Virus record (IMG/VR): IMGVR_UViG_3300013110_000406
Strand: one strand, 5' to 3'
Length of the DNA: 64,000 nt
Source: an uncultured virus (IMG/VR IMGVR_UViG_3300013110_000406)
Taxonomy: Duplodnaviria; Heunggongvirae; Uroviricota; Caudoviricetes
The notes beneath the pieces are model-generated. The model searched no databases, had not been told where the DNA came from, and worked only from the letters and a program-made list of their open reading frames with translations. The translations under genes were made by a program, and so were the position numbers. This document shows positions 1-11,200 of the stretch, piece by piece; position 1 is the first letter of the stretch; every line of letters begins with the position of its first letter.

Positions 1-1500
1 CCGTGGTATCAGATCTTTAATCTTCCGGGTTATCGATCTGAAAAAAACCTTGAAGCGGTTCAAGCCACAGAAGACGTAGCGAAATTAATCTTAGGGGAAC
101 TTTTTAAACGAGAAATTGAAGAATTATCCTCTAAATATGCCGATAATCTAGAGATGATTGGTTCGCCCGTAGTTTATGAAAAGCTTCCATATTGGTTTGT
201 TTCTGAGGCGTGTTATACCGGTGGCGCTGGTCTTAATTTGAAAGGCAAGATTATAGAAGACATTTCGGACACCGACTTAGAAACACGCACTGCTCCCTTC
301 TATACTAACGGCGGCGAACTTTATGTAGATGCCCTAAAAGACCCTGAATCTACCTTTAAAACAGGAGAAGATTATGTAGGCTATTATCATACACATACGG
401 ATGAAAACGGAGAAAAGGTTTTTATGATGGGCAAAGAACATCTCCTTAGCCCGCATGATATTTTGGCGCCCTATGTTAATAAAGTAAAAATGATAGATGG
501 CGATGGCAACCGCATTGGCGATATTGCAGATTATGGATCCATCGTCTCCAGAGTCACTCTACCTTTTAAGATAGAGAAGTATATTAGTATCGACGGCCGA
601 AAGCTACCACCTTCGGCTGCCGTTACCGAGATCAAGCAAAATGATGATACAACAAACCTGTCTGAGCACTATCCCGGTACGCTAGAAATAATTTATCGCG
701 ATGACGAACAAAAGATTCCGGCAGGTTTAAAGGGTCACTTAGGAGTTCGCCATGGCTTAGAATTATCTTATGCAGTAGATACCACTTACTACACTATAAC
801 AAATGTAGAAATAGACGCTTTAGATGTATCGATTGCAGATTTCACTATTGCAGAGCCCGACAGTAAGCTTTTGTTGTGCTTGATCAATAAACTAATAGAA
901 GATGAAAAATTTAGAATGCTGACTGAATATATATTTCCTGTCAACAAGTTCACTGCGCTAACCGCCGTCTATAACGATATGGCACTTTTTCTCTCTATCG
1001 GACAAAACATCTATGAAGAACCGGACAATCCCGAGGCAGAAAGCACCGGCACCTACGCAGCCGGTTTCGACACCAAACCAGGACTTAGATTTGATTCTGA
1101 GGGGTATGCTTTGGAAATAGAAGGTTTGGGAGAAGAAGAACCCCTTCCTGACCCAAACGGATTTGTAGGTGGAAATGACGGATGGGCAGATTATAAAAAG
1201 AGAAAGCGATGGAATTGGCTCCCAAGTCGAGTTGAGTGGGATCAGTGGGATCAAATAATCTTAAGAAAGTCCAAGAAAACTATTAAAAATATGTTTAAGA
1301 CTTACTACTATGCGAGAGACTTTAAAGCAGGAGACCCGCTTCTAGATGAAAGCCCCTCTGAGACATCTAAGAGGCTTTTGAAGAATTATTTTGTGCCTGA
1401 ACCTTATGGAAAACAGCTTGTCGGTGTCGGCAAGCGTAAAAAACTTGTACCCAACCCATTTGGAAAGTCAGACAAAGAGTGTCGGAAAACCGACGAGTAA
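1..1500 (+). CDS. Hypothetical virion/baseplate-region protein, 5'-truncated by the window edge
   Basis: The frame of ORF 154..1500 is open back to position 1; lies directly upstream of the gp25-like gene; contains a YVGYYHTH motif. Confidence 0.6.
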   Translation, partial: PWYQIFNLPGYRSEKNLEAVQATEDVAKLILGELFKREIEELSSKYADNLEMIGSPVVYEKLPYWFVSEACYTGGAGLNLKGKIIEDISDTDLETRTAPFYTNGGELYVDALKDPESTFKTGEDYVGYYHTHTDENGEKVFMMGKEHLLSPHDILAPYVNKVKMIDGDGNRIGDIADYGSIVSRVTLPFKIEKYISIDGRKLPPSAAVTEIKQNDDTTNLSEHYPGTLEIIYRDDEQKIPAGLKGHLGVRHGLELSYAVDTTYYTITNVEIDALDVSIADFTIAEPDSKLLLCLINKLIEDEKFRMLTEYIFPVNKFTALTAVYNDMALFLSIGQNIYEEPDNPEAESTGTYAAGFDTKPGLRFDSEGYALEIEGLGEEEPLPDPNGFVGGNDGWADYKKRKRWNWLPSRVEWDQWDQIILRKSKKTIKNMFKTYYYARDFKAGDPLLDESPSETSKRLLKNYFVPEPYGKQLVGVGKRKKLVPNPFGKSDKECRKTDE

Positions 1501-1523
1501 GTACTTATGTATGGATATAAAGA

Positions 1524-1892
1524 ATGTCATCACTTAGTGTAAAACTGCCATTAACCAAAGATTCAGGTAACGGGTTTACCATGAATAAAAGCATCGTTGG
1601 GATGATTAAGCAAAATTTTAAAATGCTTTTGCTCACAGTCCCAGGCGAAAGAGTAATGGAACCCAACTTCGGTGTAGGTCTAAAGACGTTTTTGTTCTCT
1701 AATTACTATGAAGGCTTGGAAAGTCAGATATCTCAGAGAATTAGAGAACAAGTAGCAACCTACATACCGACCATAACAGTAAAAAACATTCAGTTTTTAA
1801 AAAGCAATATTGATGTCAACACTTTAGGAATTAGAATTACGTATGAAATACCAGCTATCGGACTTCAAGATTTACTTGAATTCACTATTTAA
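1524..1892 (+). CDS. Baseplate wedge protein, T4 gp25-like (GPW/gp25 family)
   Basis: 122 aa with IKQNFKMLLLTVPGERVMEPNFGVGL, the typical gp25 LLT-x-PGER-x-x-x-P-x-FG signature; precedes the gp6-like gene. Confidence 0.9.
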   Translation: MSSLSVKLPLTKDSGNGFTMNKSIVGMIKQNFKMLLLTVPGERVMEPNFGVGLKTFLFSNYYEGLESQISQRIREQVATYIPTITVKNIQFLKSNIDVNTLGIRITYEIPAIGLQDLLEFTI

Positions 1893-1907
1893 TTTGAGGT
1901 TTTTTTA

Positions 1908-3704
1908 ATGGCAGACGATCAGAAAAAGATTTTACCTATCGACTATACCCATAGGGAGTTCCATACAATCCGGAATGACTTGATGGAAATTGCCGAAAGG
2001 TTTTATCCGGATACTTTCCAAGATTTTAGCGAGGCCTCTTTTGGTAGTATAATGTTGGATGCGGTAGCTTATGTGGGCGACCAGCTTTCACTCTATTTAG
2101 ACTATAATGTCAACGAATCCTTTTTAGACACCGCTTACCAGCGCTCTAACATTCTGCGCCACGGCCGCGTGCTTGGTTATAAAGACCCCGGACGCCCATC
2201 GACTTATGGACAAGTGGCATTATTTATAATGGTACCGGCATCATCTACCGGTATCGGCCCTGATAGACGCTATATTCCTATTTTGAAACGAGGAAGTAAA
2301 TTTACTTCCCAGACCGGTCTAAGCTTCGTTTTATTAGAAAATGTAGACTTTGCCGATCCTAAAAATCCTATGGTAGTGGCACAAAGTGATGCTTCTACAA
2401 ATGCTCCCACTCAATATGCAATTAAGGCTTATGGAAATGTGGTATCAGGCCAGTTTGCACAAAAGCAACTTTCAATTGGTCCTTACCAAAGATTTTTGAA
2501 GAGAAAGGTCGGCGCCGATAATATATCTGAGATTATCTCAGTAACTGATTCAGAAGGAAATGAATATTTTGAGGTAGACTATTTGGCTCAAGATATTGTT
2601 TTTAAAGAAGTTGCAAATGATAATTTCAAAAACGATAATGTTCCTTCTGTGTTGAAGCCACTGTTAGTCTCTAGAAAATTTGTTGTTGAAACCGATAGGA
2701 GCACTACCTCCATACAGTTTGGAAGCGGTAAGGCCGGCCAAACTGATATTGTTGCTGCGCCGCAAGAAGTAGCGCTTGAGGTGTTCGGTAAAGATTATAT
2801 TTCGACCACCACATTCGATCCTTCACGCCTCTCTAATAGCGACAGTTTTGGAATAGTACCCTCTAATACTACATTAACAGTTGTATATCGAGTTACCAAC
2901 CCTACTAATTCAAATGTTGCCGTGGGCGGAATCAATACTGTCTCGAATGCCTTATTGTCCTTTGAAAATCGCCCGTCGTTAGCTACGACTACAGTAAACC
3001 AAATTCAGGTCTCACTAGAGGTGCTCAATGAGACTCCTATCGTGGGAGATGTTACTAATCCCTCTAGTGGCGAGCTAAAGCGCAGGATTTTTGACACGTT
3101 TCCTACACAAAATAGAGCTGTTACCCAATCGGATTATGAAAATCTTGTCTATCGAATGCCTTCTAAGTTTGGCTCTGTGAAGAGGGTTTCGGTTCAAAAA
3201 GATCCAGACTCTCTTAAGCGAAATCTTAATTTGTATGTGATTTCGGAAGATTCATATGGAAAGCTTATTGCTACTAATATGGTTATCAAGAACAACATAA
3301 AAACATGGCTTAATCAATATAGAATGATCAACGATACTGTTGATATTTTAGATCCCTATATAGTTAATCTCGGGATTGATTTTGTTGTAAAAACTCAAGC
3401 CGGCTCTGATAAATTTGATGTATTAAACCGGTGTATAAACACACTCGCGGGCAAATATGGGGAAGGCTTTTTTATTGGCGAACCCTTTTATATTAGTGAA
3501 ATATATGAAACACTCAAGCAGGTAAAAGGGGTGCTGGATGTGATAAAAGTTAAATTAACTAATAAAGTGGGCGGAAGTTACGCCGATACGATTTTGGAGA
3601 TTAATGATAACCTTTCTCCGGACGGCTCTTATTTACTTGTTCCCAATAATGTAATTTTGGAAATAAAATTTCCCACCCAAGATATCCGAGGAAAAACTAG
3701 ATAA
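1908..3704 (+). CDS. Baseplate wedge subunit, T4 gp6 / baseplate J-like
   Basis: N-terminal DYTHREF..IRNDL, LDAVAYVGDQLSLYLD, ESFLDTA and C-terminal QNRAVTQSDYE are characteristic of gp6-like proteins; follows gp25. Confidence 0.85.
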   Translation: MADDQKKILPIDYTHREFHTIRNDLMEIAERFYPDTFQDFSEASFGSIMLDAVAYVGDQLSLYLDYNVNESFLDTAYQRSNILRHGRVLGYKDPGRPSTYGQVALFIMVPASSTGIGPDRRYIPILKRGSKFTSQTGLSFVLLENVDFADPKNPMVVAQSDASTNAPTQYAIKAYGNVVSGQFAQKQLSIGPYQRFLKRKVGADNISEIISVTDSEGNEYFEVDYLAQDIVFKEVANDNFKNDNVPSVLKPLLVSRKFVVETDRSTTSIQFGSGKAGQTDIVAAPQEVALEVFGKDYISTTTFDPSRLSNSDSFGIVPSNTTLTVVYRVTNPTNSNVAVGGINTVSNALLSFENRPSLATTTVNQIQVSLEVLNETPIVGDVTNPSSGELKRRIFDTFPTQNRAVTQSDYENLVYRMPSKFGSVKRVSVQKDPDSLKRNLNLYVISEDSYGKLIATNMVIKNNIKTWLNQYRMINDTVDILDPYIVNLGIDFVVKTQAGSDKFDVLNRCINTLAGKYGEGFFIGEPFYISEIYETLKQVKGVLDVIKVKLTNKVGGSYADTILEINDNLSPDGSYLLVPNNVILEIKFPTQDIRGKTR

Positions 3705-5251
3705 TGGGAATTAAAAGATATACAGCGAATGCCGATACTACGATTGTTAACGCATTTAAGCCTAGCTTAGAAATTCGAGGTACCGGCTCTAATATGGGCG
3801 AAGCTGATGTTATGGAGATTTTCTCTATTTATGGGCGCCAATCAGTCTCATCTTCGAATTCAACAGGCTCACAAGAACTTTCACGAATTTTGGTTAAATT
3901 CCCGATGGATGGAATTACAACTGATCGTAGTAACGGTGTTGTACCAGCTAGCGGAAGTGTAAGTTTCTATTTGAGATTGTTTAATGCCAAGACATCTAAG
4001 ACAGTCCCACGCGAATTTACTTTGGTTGCGCGCCCAGTTTCAGGTACATCGTGGCAGGAAGGCATTGGCCTTGATTTAGAAGGCTACAAAGATGAGGTTA
4101 AAGGCAACACCGGCGCCAACTGGATTTCTTCTTCAAAGGGCAAGCCTTGGGGGCTAGTCGGTGGTGATTATTATACTGGCTCTGGAGACACTTATACACA
4201 AAAATTTGGCACCGGGTTAGGAGATTTAGAAATTGATATTACTCAATTAGTAGAGCAGTGGATCAACGGGGATTATGCCAACTATGGAGTGGGCGTCCAC
4301 CTCACAGCTAGCCAAGAAGCTTATTTTTCTGGATCCACTGCCGGCGCCGTTGGAATGGCCAGCGGAAATGTTCTTGCGTTACCAGACGGTGCGACGGAAT
4401 CTTATTATACTAAGAGATTTTTTGCGCGCGGCACACAATTTTTCTTTAAAAAGCCTGTAATTGAAGCACGTTGGAATTCTGCGCGCAAAGATGGCCGCGG
4501 CGACTTCATGTATAGTAGCTCTTTGGCTCCAGCCGCAGATAACCTTAATACACTTTATTTGTATAACTATGTCCGCGGACAACTAACCGATATACCTTCA
4601 GTAAGCACTGGCGCGATTTACGTAAAGCTTTATTCAGGCTCAGCGGCCCCTACAGGAAGCAGTCTACTTCTCCACGATTCAAAATATAATGTAACAGGCG
4701 GACATGTCACTACCGGCATTTATTCGGCTTCGTTATGTTTGACCGCTGGAGCAAGTCCCCTCAAGAATGTTTTTGATGTGTGGCACGATGATGGTGTGGT
4801 TGAATTTTTTAGTGGCTCGATTAAACCAAAATTATTATTAGCTAACCAAACAGTAGAAACTCCTGTTTATTTTATGAAGATAACAAATCTACAAGACAAA
4901 TATAGAGAAAACCAATCAGCCCGCATGCGTTTGTTTGTGAGAAATAAATTCTGGAGCCCCACTATTTATACTAAAGCAACGCAAGGCGTCGAAAGTTCTA
5001 CGATTCAAAGCGCTTCTTACGAAGTTTATAGAATCTTAGATGGCTTTACCGCTATTCCCTACGGTACTGGCAGCGATCTTCACACAATGTTATCGTATGA
5101 CGTTTCCGGCAATTATTTTGATTTTGATATGAGTTTGCTAGAGCCAGGATATGCTTATGGGTTTAAATTTTCATTTTACGACCCTGCACTAAGCACTTGG
5201 CTTGAACAGCCATATGTGTTTAAATTTAGAGTAGAGGATTATGAGTATTAA
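3704..5251 (+). CDS. Virion structural protein with DNRLRE-like beta domain and C-terminal Ig-like domain
   Basis: SRILVKF...FYLRLF...WQEG...DLEIDITQLVEQWING...NYG pattern; start overlaps the previous stop; tail module context. Confidence 0.55.
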   Translation: MGIKRYTANADTTIVNAFKPSLEIRGTGSNMGEADVMEIFSIYGRQSVSSSNSTGSQELSRILVKFPMDGITTDRSNGVVPASGSVSFYLRLFNAKTSKTVPREFTLVARPVSGTSWQEGIGLDLEGYKDEVKGNTGANWISSSKGKPWGLVGGDYYTGSGDTYTQKFGTGLGDLEIDITQLVEQWINGDYANYGVGVHLTASQEAYFSGSTAGAVGMASGNVLALPDGATESYYTKRFFARGTQFFFKKPVIEARWNSARKDGRGDFMYSSSLAPAADNLNTLYLYNYVRGQLTDIPSVSTGAIYVKLYSGSAAPTGSSLLLHDSKYNVTGGHVTTGIYSASLCLTAGASPLKNVFDVWHDDGVVEFFSGSIKPKLLLANQTVETPVYFMKITNLQDKYRENQSARMRLFVRNKFWSPTIYTKATQGVESSTIQSASYEVYRILDGFTAIPYGTGSDLHTMLSYDVSGNYFDFDMSLLEPGYAYGFKFSFYDPALSTWLEQPYVFKFRVEDYEY

Positions 5252-8200
5252 AAAACTTTTTGGCTCTGTGGAAGATGGCAGAAATTACCTTTCCGATACA
5301 GACCAGAAAGAAGCATTCAAAGATGTAGAATCGGAACGCAATTTAGAACAGCTTAAAGAAAAGCAATCTAATTTCGTTCCGCAAGTCGATTATTCTGATC
5401 CTAGGTTCTTTGCTCGCTTTGGATCTGCCTACTACTATTATAAAGGCGCGATGGAGCGCATTACGGATTATTATCCTTATGATGGTTCGGATGCCGAAAT
5501 CAATGGCTTCTACAATAAGCTTTTAGATGTAGAAAAATACATTTTCAACAACTTGTATCCACGCACGAACGGATATGTTGAGTTAGGCGAGGCCACAACT
5601 ACGTCACTTAGCAAGCTTAGCGGCGGATATGCCACTCCCACTACCAAAGAATATATCACTCTCAAGGGCGGCCCGAACGCCATCGACTCCGCTGGTTCAT
5701 TAGTTAAAGCTAGCAACAATCCATACTCAGACAAGTTTCAATATTCAAATGTATACGACACTAGCATTTATACCACAGCGGGACTTCCTTCCGATTATGG
5801 TGTAGGAACACGCCAATCAAATCTTCAATGTAATTTTGATACTGGTGTGTCTATCGAATTTTGGTTAAAGAAACCCACTTTTGGAACGTGTCCCGAAACT
5901 GTCTTTGATTTATGGACAAGCGGCTCACAGAGCGGCTCAGTAGATTATGGGAGAATCACCGTCGAGCTTACAGGCGCCTCTGGCGTCAGTCCTTTCTTGC
6001 TGACGGTGCAGTCAGGAAGTGCAGTATCCATCGAACCCGGAATGACGGCGGCAGGTATTTTTCAGCAATCGATTGGCTCTGGTATAACAGCCGCCTCACT
6101 CGATACCTGGACTCATGTGGCGCTGGTGATGTACAATACTGGTTCTGATTTCGCTTCAAAATTATATATTAACGGCGGACTAAACGACACCTATGTAACT
6201 GGATCTACGACTATAAATCAACTTAAGCAAAAAGATACTTTTGCGCGCATCGGTGCATTATTGACCGCTCCATCTGGCGCTGCAGCCACCGCCGACAGCG
6301 CCGTTGCTGATTACGATGGGATTAATAAACTTAGTGCCTCGATGGATGAGTTCCGATTTTGGAAAGAAAAGCGCTCCGGAGAAGACATTGGGCGCTATTG
6401 GTTTTCCCAGGTAAGGGGCGGTACAAACACAGATATTTCTAACACGACCCTTGGTGTCTATTACAAATTTAACGAGGGCATAACGGAAACCAGCAGTGTT
6501 GATAGCAATGTTTTGGACTATGCCGGCCGTATCACCAATGGCGTATGGACGGGCTATGGAACCAACTCTCGAAGTACCGGCTCTGCTATGATAGAGTCCA
6601 GTGCTTCCGCACAAGAATATAAAGATCCTATTATATATTCCTCACACTCCTCAGTATCTAATTTGAAGTCTGAATTGCTGGCTACTGGATCATATCATGA
6701 TGCACAAAATAATTCAATGTTTCGAAATTATGCCCCATCTTGGATTATCGAAGAAGCAGAGCAATTGGGCAACAATAATCTAGATGTTGTCTCACACATT
6801 GTAGGCACTTATTTTGATAGAGTTCACCTGCTTTCACAACAGGTGCCCAAGTTGAGAGGTATAAATTATACTAGTGCTTCTTCTGAACCAGTTCCATTCG
6901 CCCAACACTTACCACAATCATTAGGTCTTTATACTCCCGAAATCTTTATCGACGCAAATGTGATGGAGAGATTCTTAAATAGAAACAATGACATGTTGTT
7001 TGAAAATGATTTAGATGAAACCAAAAATCTGATCTACCTTAATCTTTATAATAATCTAGCTAATATTTTTAAATCGAAAGGCACCGAAAGATCTTTGCGA
7101 AATGTTCTTCGATGTTTTAACATTGACGAACAGATTGTTAAAATAAATACTTATGCTAAAAATACAACCTTCCCGCTCAGCAACAATTATGAACAAGTAA
7201 TAGAAAAAGTTTCTTATGCTAATTTCGACAAGAAAGAAAATCGAACTGCGGTAATTTATCAACGTGCTGATAGTACAAATCCGAATAGCCGAGGTTATAT
7301 ACCGACTGGATCTAAACCCGGTAGCGAAGGAGGAACTGAATACGCCAACTACGAAATGCAATATGGTTGTACAATCGAAGGACAGATAATGTTCCCGCAT
7401 TGGAGTGTAGACTATTCCGACAACCAACGCGATTATACCACCGTCTCTCTTTTTGGAGGGATTACTCCTTACACCTCGTCGGCCGATGGTCTTACTGGGG
7501 CTGACACAAGTGCCAACTATCCGGATTATACCAATTTTCAAGTTCAAGCCATCAAGACCGGTCCAAATTCTAAAGATGTATACTTTAAACTAACATCTTC
7601 TGCTCCTGCTTACGGTGTCCCCGAGCAATTTCCCACATTAACCAGTAGTGTTTTCTCGAATGTGTATGATAACACTACCTGGAATCTTTCGGTACGAGTT
7701 AAGCCCAAGCTTGATGGACCTATTACTACTGTCTCAGGCGCTTCAGTAACCCAATATGACGTAATATTTGAAGGAATTAATATTGATTTAGGGACTATCG
7801 AAAACAGCTTTACTGTGGGAGGTGTCGTTAGCGCTGCGACAGGCAGCGCTTCTGACTTCTTGACGCGCCCAAAGCGACTCTATGTTGGTGCCCAGCGAAC
7901 TAATCTTACTGGCCCCGTAGTACACAAATCAGATGTTCTTGTTGGTTCGCTGCGCTATTGGGCCAAAGCCCTGAATACCGGCAGCTTGAGCCAGCATGCG
8001 CACGATATTGATAACTATGGAATTTCAGGTTCTTATCAAAGTGTGGCGGCTATTGACACTGCCAACAAGAGTGCCGATGTTTTAAACCTCAACACACTAG
8101 CTTTAAATTGGGCTTTTAATCAATTAAGTTCTTCCAACTCTACGGGCGTCTTTGTGGTGCCTGATATAAGCTCTGGCTCAACATCGTTGGCTACGGATTA

Positions 8201-11200
8201 TGGGCCCATGGGTACTATCACTGGCTATCAGCATAACGGTTATGGATACGATTTTCCGAATAGCAGTACCGATGCAATTGAGAAGAGACTCACCAATACG
8301 TTTAAATTTATTTCGCCCGAAAGAGCGACGTCCGCCGACGCAATTCAAATTTTATCTGAAGACGACAAGGTCTTTGGGATTACAGAGACAGTACCAAATT
8401 ATGTCTATACTGTTGAAAAAAGCATGTATCGCGCGGTTTCTGAAGAGATGCTTGATTTCTTTGCAGGAGTTGTGGACTTTAATAATGTTATAGGCGCTCC
8501 AGTTAATCGTTATCGCGGCCGTTATAAATCATTAGAAAAACTGCGAGAGATCTTTTTCCGCAAAGTAACAAAAACAAGCCAAGTTGAGAAGTTTGTTGAA
8601 TATTATAAATGGTTCGACGACGCCATTGGGCACATCATGGCTCAAATGGTTCCGGCCTCATCCGATTTTGTTGCGGATGTTTATAATACAGTTGAGAGCC
8701 ATGTCCTTGAGCGTAATAAATATCAAACCAAGTATCCAAGCTTGGAGACCAAACAAAACCATCCCGAAGCTCAAATGGAGGGTGTTGGCGGCCTAGGAAT
8801 TACTTACAAAAACTATTCTAGCCCAGTGCCAGCCTCTCCTCGTAATACCAATCAAAATATACAGTATTGGCTTAAAAAAGCAAAACGCTCTGAACCAGAA
8901 ATTACCTCGGGTAATCCCACAATTGATACGCAAAGAGAAAATATGCGTCAAATTATTAATACTGCGCCCCGAGCATCGACAAAGCCCGGCGAATTAATGA
9001 CTTCCGGCATCGCCGGATCCGGAACGAAGTATTTTCAGGATTTCTATCCTCAAAGAAATTATCAAAAGCTTTATAAATTAAAATCTTATGATGCCGATGC
9101 TTCCATTCACGGAGGGGTAAACTTCAGCAAAGATCAAAATATTCAGTATACCTATAACTCTCTATATCCTTTTGGTCCTGTTAGTACCGAAGAGAACCGA
9201 TTTATTCCTTTGAACGTTCTTGTTGGATTAACCTCTGATCTGGTATCCATACAAGATTTTGAAGATGATCGAGAGTTACGCAGAAAAGTAAAAAGAGTTT
9301 TCAAAGTGCAGTCTGCACGGCGGTGGTATCAAGATGAGGGATATAGTGATGTAAAATCCTCTATGGCCTTCCCTTTTAATATAATGAGTTCATCCCTAAA
9401 CTCTGGATATAACAAAGAAGTACAAACAAAAGTTGGCGCCAACATTGAAATTACAAACTTGCACAATGATACTTACGGCCAAGCGATGGGCACCCCCATG
9501 CAAGGGCCCTTTACCGAAAAATACGTAGGAGGACACCAATCACGTCACATCACTTATAATTCAGGCGCAACAGATACCTACCTCACACGTCCTGAAGCCT
9601 GGAAGCTTTTATTGGGACAGTGCGCAGATCAAGGCTCCGGCGCCATTGGCATGGCTTCTCCTACCTATCCTTATCCTGATATTGGAGCCCCCCCAAGTTC
9701 TGCTTATGGTCGTATTGATTTTACTTCTAATCCGATTACTGATAATTCTGTGACAATAAGCGATGGAGACACTAGTCTTACATTTACAATTCCCTTTATG
9801 AATACATACGCTACTCATCACGCGGATCAGGTCAGAAGCTATATTGTTATCGGCGGAGACAATTCCTCTAGCTACGGCAATCCGACTTTAGCAGAACCTC
9901 AATATTTTGATATTGACGCAGGAACTTATTCATGTTGGATATCGGGAAGCATCCCTATGACTGGCAACGGAAACCTTATTATCATGGGTGTGAACCACGC
10001 CACTTTTAATTTTAGCCTGATTGATGATGGGTCAACTCCCCCAGGATCCTCCCCGGCATCTAAATTGAGACTTACACAACAGTGGCTCAACGGCGCATCC
10101 GCGGGCTCTACAGTGAATTCTTATTGGACTACTGACAACAAAGAAGTGCCTTTAGGGCAGTGGAATCACGTGGCGGTTACATGGGATGCTACTACAACCG
10201 GCAGTACCGAGCCCGTATTTTTTGTAAATGGAGTGCAGGTCGATTCTTCGCGCGATGGAAGTGCCGTGCCGACAGCCGCTGGATCTACTTTAAGACTTGC
10301 ATTGAAAGCCCGCAGCGGTCTTCCTTCTGGAAATCCGAAAGTTACATGTTTAATAGGTGGTTATAATGCATCAAATGCAATTAGTGGCGCCATGGATGAG
10401 GTCTCCATATGGCAATTAAGCATGAGTGCCGATCAAATTAGTGAATTATATGCTACGGGAAGTGTAACTGATCTGATGCAACATTCTGTATATACGAGCA
10501 ACAATTCCAATCTTAGAGCATGGTATCGAATGGGCGACGATCCCAATGATGCTATTGATGGCACAGGAGTTTATGACCTGGGAACCAACTCTATAGTCGA
10601 CCAAACCGGCAGATATAACGGCACTCCTGGCGAAGACATGACCGTAGATTTTGCCACAAATGTTATAACAAGCTCGGCAACAGGAGATAATATAGCCTGG
10701 ACACGCGGAGGCAACACTAATGCTACTGCCGTTAATTTGACTACAGCTATCAATGCTCAAAGCTTTAATATAGTAGCTAGTAACCCCGAAGGTGACGCAG
10801 AAACTATTACGGTATCTAACACTAAATATGGAGTTCCGACCTCCACTAAAAAAGAGGCCCGCGGAAGTCTTGGAAACGTAAGCCTATCAAGAGTCGGCTC
10901 TCGTATCAGCGTAGAAGGCATGCAAGGCGGAAGCGATCCACAAATTATAAACTTTAATGCTCCTCGCGCAACTTATTATCGTGAAGAATTAGCTAAAAGA
11001 CCAGTTAACATTCGCAACATTCAAATGACCACTGGGTCCACTATTATTGGAAATTACCAAAACAACTATGAAGTTGTTAGCACGGTTGGAGCTTTCGCTA
11101 ATCCGCGAGATTTCATCGAAAATCAGCCCACGCTGCCTTCTGTGATTACTACTAAAACCAACTTGAATCGCGGCGGAGCCAATCGTTTTACGGGAAGAAC

